Part shown: piece by piece, positions 59,592-64,000 of the stretch
Layout: the number at the start of each line of letters is the position of its first letter
Position numbering within the stretch: the first letter of the stretch is position 1
Assembly: GCA_951406725.2 (NCBI GenBank)
Contig: OX597815.1
Location: forward strand, 215,202,001-215,266,000
Direction: 5' to 3'
Length of the DNA: 64,000 nt
Origin: Octopus vulgaris
Lineage: Eukaryota
Position numbers and translations under genes: made by a program
Notes under the pieces: generated by a model
Database searches by the model: none
What the model was told of the DNA's origin: nothing
What the model saw: only the letters and a program-made list of their open reading frames with translations

Positions 59592-61765
59592 TATTTCTTT
59601 TTTTGTCATATTCATATCGACTTTCACTCCATAAACGTTACACAAACACTTGACTGCGCATGCCTGAATGTCTACATTAAAGTATTTTCTAAGCTAAATT
59701 CTCTGCCTGATCTATAGGCTCATTAGGCCCCCAGTATATCTCGGTATCGAACGTATTTCAACACACAAGGATACAACACACAGGATACCAGTCTGTCGCA
59801 ATGTTAACCCCTGGTTAATGCTGGTACTTTTCAGATGAGTGCACTGGAAGTGTCTTTCTCGTGGACACAACTTACCGAAACAATAAATGCATACGCCTAT
59901 ATGTGTGTGTGTGTGTGCGCTTATGTACATATCCGTGTGTACGTGTGTGTATTTTTGTATGCATGTACACACACACATTTTCTTTTATTCTTTTATTCTT
60001 TCGCTTATTTAAAGGTGAATTTAAAAGTCGTTATGCCAATCACATAATCCCCTTCCGATATAGGACAAAAGTAAAGCTACGAAACTGGCTAAGTTTAGAA
60101 GAAAACGAAACACCACATGTGACTGGATGGGAAGTAATCCATAACTTATGTTAATGGATCGAATAAATATAAGCTTTGTTTAACTGAAAGAGTGCATATC
60201 CTGTTCAGATCTAAGATGCTTAATTCTCTATTGGACTCTAGGTCAGGAATTTTCAGTCGTTGTCAAGTATAAATATATTTTGAAGAACTGGAAAATTCCG
60301 TCTATTCTTGATTAAATTTTTGATATCATTTTAGCCTTATAATTCAAGGTCTAACGAGGAGAACTCTTAAATGCTGTTTTTACTTTTCCCTTTTCCAATT
60401 TACGTCTTTGTGCTTTCGCTTTCCGATTTCCGGAACACTGGGCATGCTATGGCAGACATGCACTGGGGCTGCGGCATCTCCAAACATTCTGCCTAAACGG
60501 TGAACAGATGTGGTCATCGTTTGTCAAACAGGCTTTTCCACGGCTCATCTCCTTGAGTAAGCTGCAGTCCTGGGTCAAGGATCAGTGGAAAGTCCACTCT
60601 TGAGTTCTATGGAGGGTTAGTGTAGGGAAAGCGCGATGAAGCACTTGGAGAGACGTTAGGCGTTGACAAAATTGAACTAACCAGTCTGTTGAGGAGGACT
60701 TTCAAGACGGGGACGATGGATAACTCCTAGAAGTCCCTTGCTTTGCAGTGCTATCGGGGGGGCACTGCCGGTTCGAGATAAACTCTACAAGCACGGAAGT
60801 GCTGTCTGACCGACCTACCCGACATGTGCGCAGAGCGATGAAAGCGTTCTGCACGCACTCGTCCAGTGTCCTTGCATTACTGACATGTGGAGTTATGTTG
60901 AACAGCTGTTATTAAGTGTAGGGTGGTTCTATCTATCGGCCGAGTCCGTAGTGAAGATCGATCAGCCGCTTTCCATCAGTCCGGAAGGTCAGGCAATTTA
61001 CTTCTGTCAAATAGCAGTAGCGAAAGAGGCTGTATTGTGGACCAGGTTAAAGGGACTAAAGGCAGAGACTTTTCTCTACGGCCAATCACGGGTCAGCTTT
61101 TTCAAATTTTCTTTGGAAAGGAAGATGAGGGTGCAGAGTGAAGTGCTGCCTCCCAGTACATTGGCCAAAAGGTGGATGAATAGCGAAAATGGTACGCGTG
61201 AGTTGACCTACTCTAATAACGCGCCTGTAAGCTAGTGAATTTGAGAGGGAGGAAAGTGCTCTTCCCAGATGCCCTCGAAGCGTCGAGTGGTTCAGATTGG
61301 GGTGGGGGTACCTGAGCCAACTCCAGGGGAATACGTGCACCTATTACGAACTTTAATTGTTATATTCTTTTGTTGGATATCTTTGTTATTCTTTTAACTG
61401 TGTACTCGTTGTGTCTGTGTTAAATCCCCACTGTCCATGTCTACTGTATCCTGTTTCTTTACTACCCAAAAGGGGCTAAACACAGAGAGGACAAACAAGG
61501 ACAGACAAACGGATTAAGTCAATTATATCGACCACAGTGCGTAACTGGTACTTCTTTAATCGACCCCGAAAGGAGGAAAGGCAAAGTCGACCTCGGGGGG
61601 AATTTGAACTCAGAACGTAACGGCAGAAGAAATACCGCTAAGCATTTCGCCCGAAGATTCTGCCAGCTCTCACCGACTTTTCTACTGTATCTTCTCCTAT
61701 ATGCCGGCCCTATTGGCAAATAATGATAATAATAATAATAATAATTACTATAATAATAATAATAA

Positions 61766-62426
<661 letters not shown>

Positions 62427-62859
62427 TGGAAGTGTTATCATGATATAAAAGATGGGCTACAGCAAATATTCTGCTCAATACCACAGATTTGTTGTCAGTT
62501 GTTTGACCTTAACCAGTTGAGCATGTCCCTTAGTAGCTGACGATATGTGCATCTCTGATCACGAGCAGAAGTAGTGGGGAGCATCATAGCCATGTGTTGA
62601 GAGGGATTCTTTGGGTTTGAATAATAATGGGTGGTTCTTTCAATAATATTCAGGGACCGTTTGAATGGGCTAATAATGGGCCCCACCTGCAAGGTCATGT
62701 GCTGTTTATCTTGATATGAGATCACCATGTCGCGCACATATGGTTGTGATAATTTATCAGACGGGTAGTCATGATGGGTATATTGATTTCGTATATTTTA
62801 CCCCAGTGTCAATGGCATGAACTGCTCTCTCACTAATAATAATAATAATAATGATAATA

Positions 62860-62890
<31 letters not shown>

Positions 62891-62913
62891 TGATAATAAT
62901 AATAATAATAATG

Positions 62914-62944
<31 letters not shown>

Positions 62945-62999
62945 CAACAACAACAACAATAACAACAACAACAACAACAGCAACAACAACAACAACAAC

Positions 63000-64000
<1,001 letters not shown>

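Larger units (their letters stand above)
53200..61760 (+). repeat. Segmental duplication, later copies
   Basis: See 43975-49830; 57675-59110 has no counterpart earlier in the window. Confidence 0.9.

Overview
AT-rich, microsatellite-dense eukaryotic (metazoan) DNA with no confidently identifiable host gene. The SINE families and repeat landscape resemble an octopus/cephalopod genome, which is an inference. The window is a nest of retroelements. It holds CR1-group APE-RT LINEs (one with an open 1033-aa ORF) embedded in (TA)n, several R4/Dong-type RLE LINE fragments embedded in (TAA)n, Tx1/L1-like remnants, and at least five Penelope-like elements (PLEs) or solo pseudo-LTRs. It also holds Tc1, mariner and pogo/Tc2-like DNA transposon remnants, a Helitron-like end, two main SINE families, and a degraded tandem segmental duplication at about 44-62 kb. 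The most notable signal is a set of type I hammerhead ribozyme (HHR) motifs in PLE terminal repeats. These are four copies of a long-stem-II HHR, a variant with a G3-C8 core swap, one HHR downstream of a tRNA-like head, and one degenerate minimal HHR. A highly structured ~490-bp non-coding unit in tandem plus inverted arrangement at 194-1797 may be a non-autonomous, retrozyme-like element. Most short ORFs in the track are microsatellite translations or antisense shadows.
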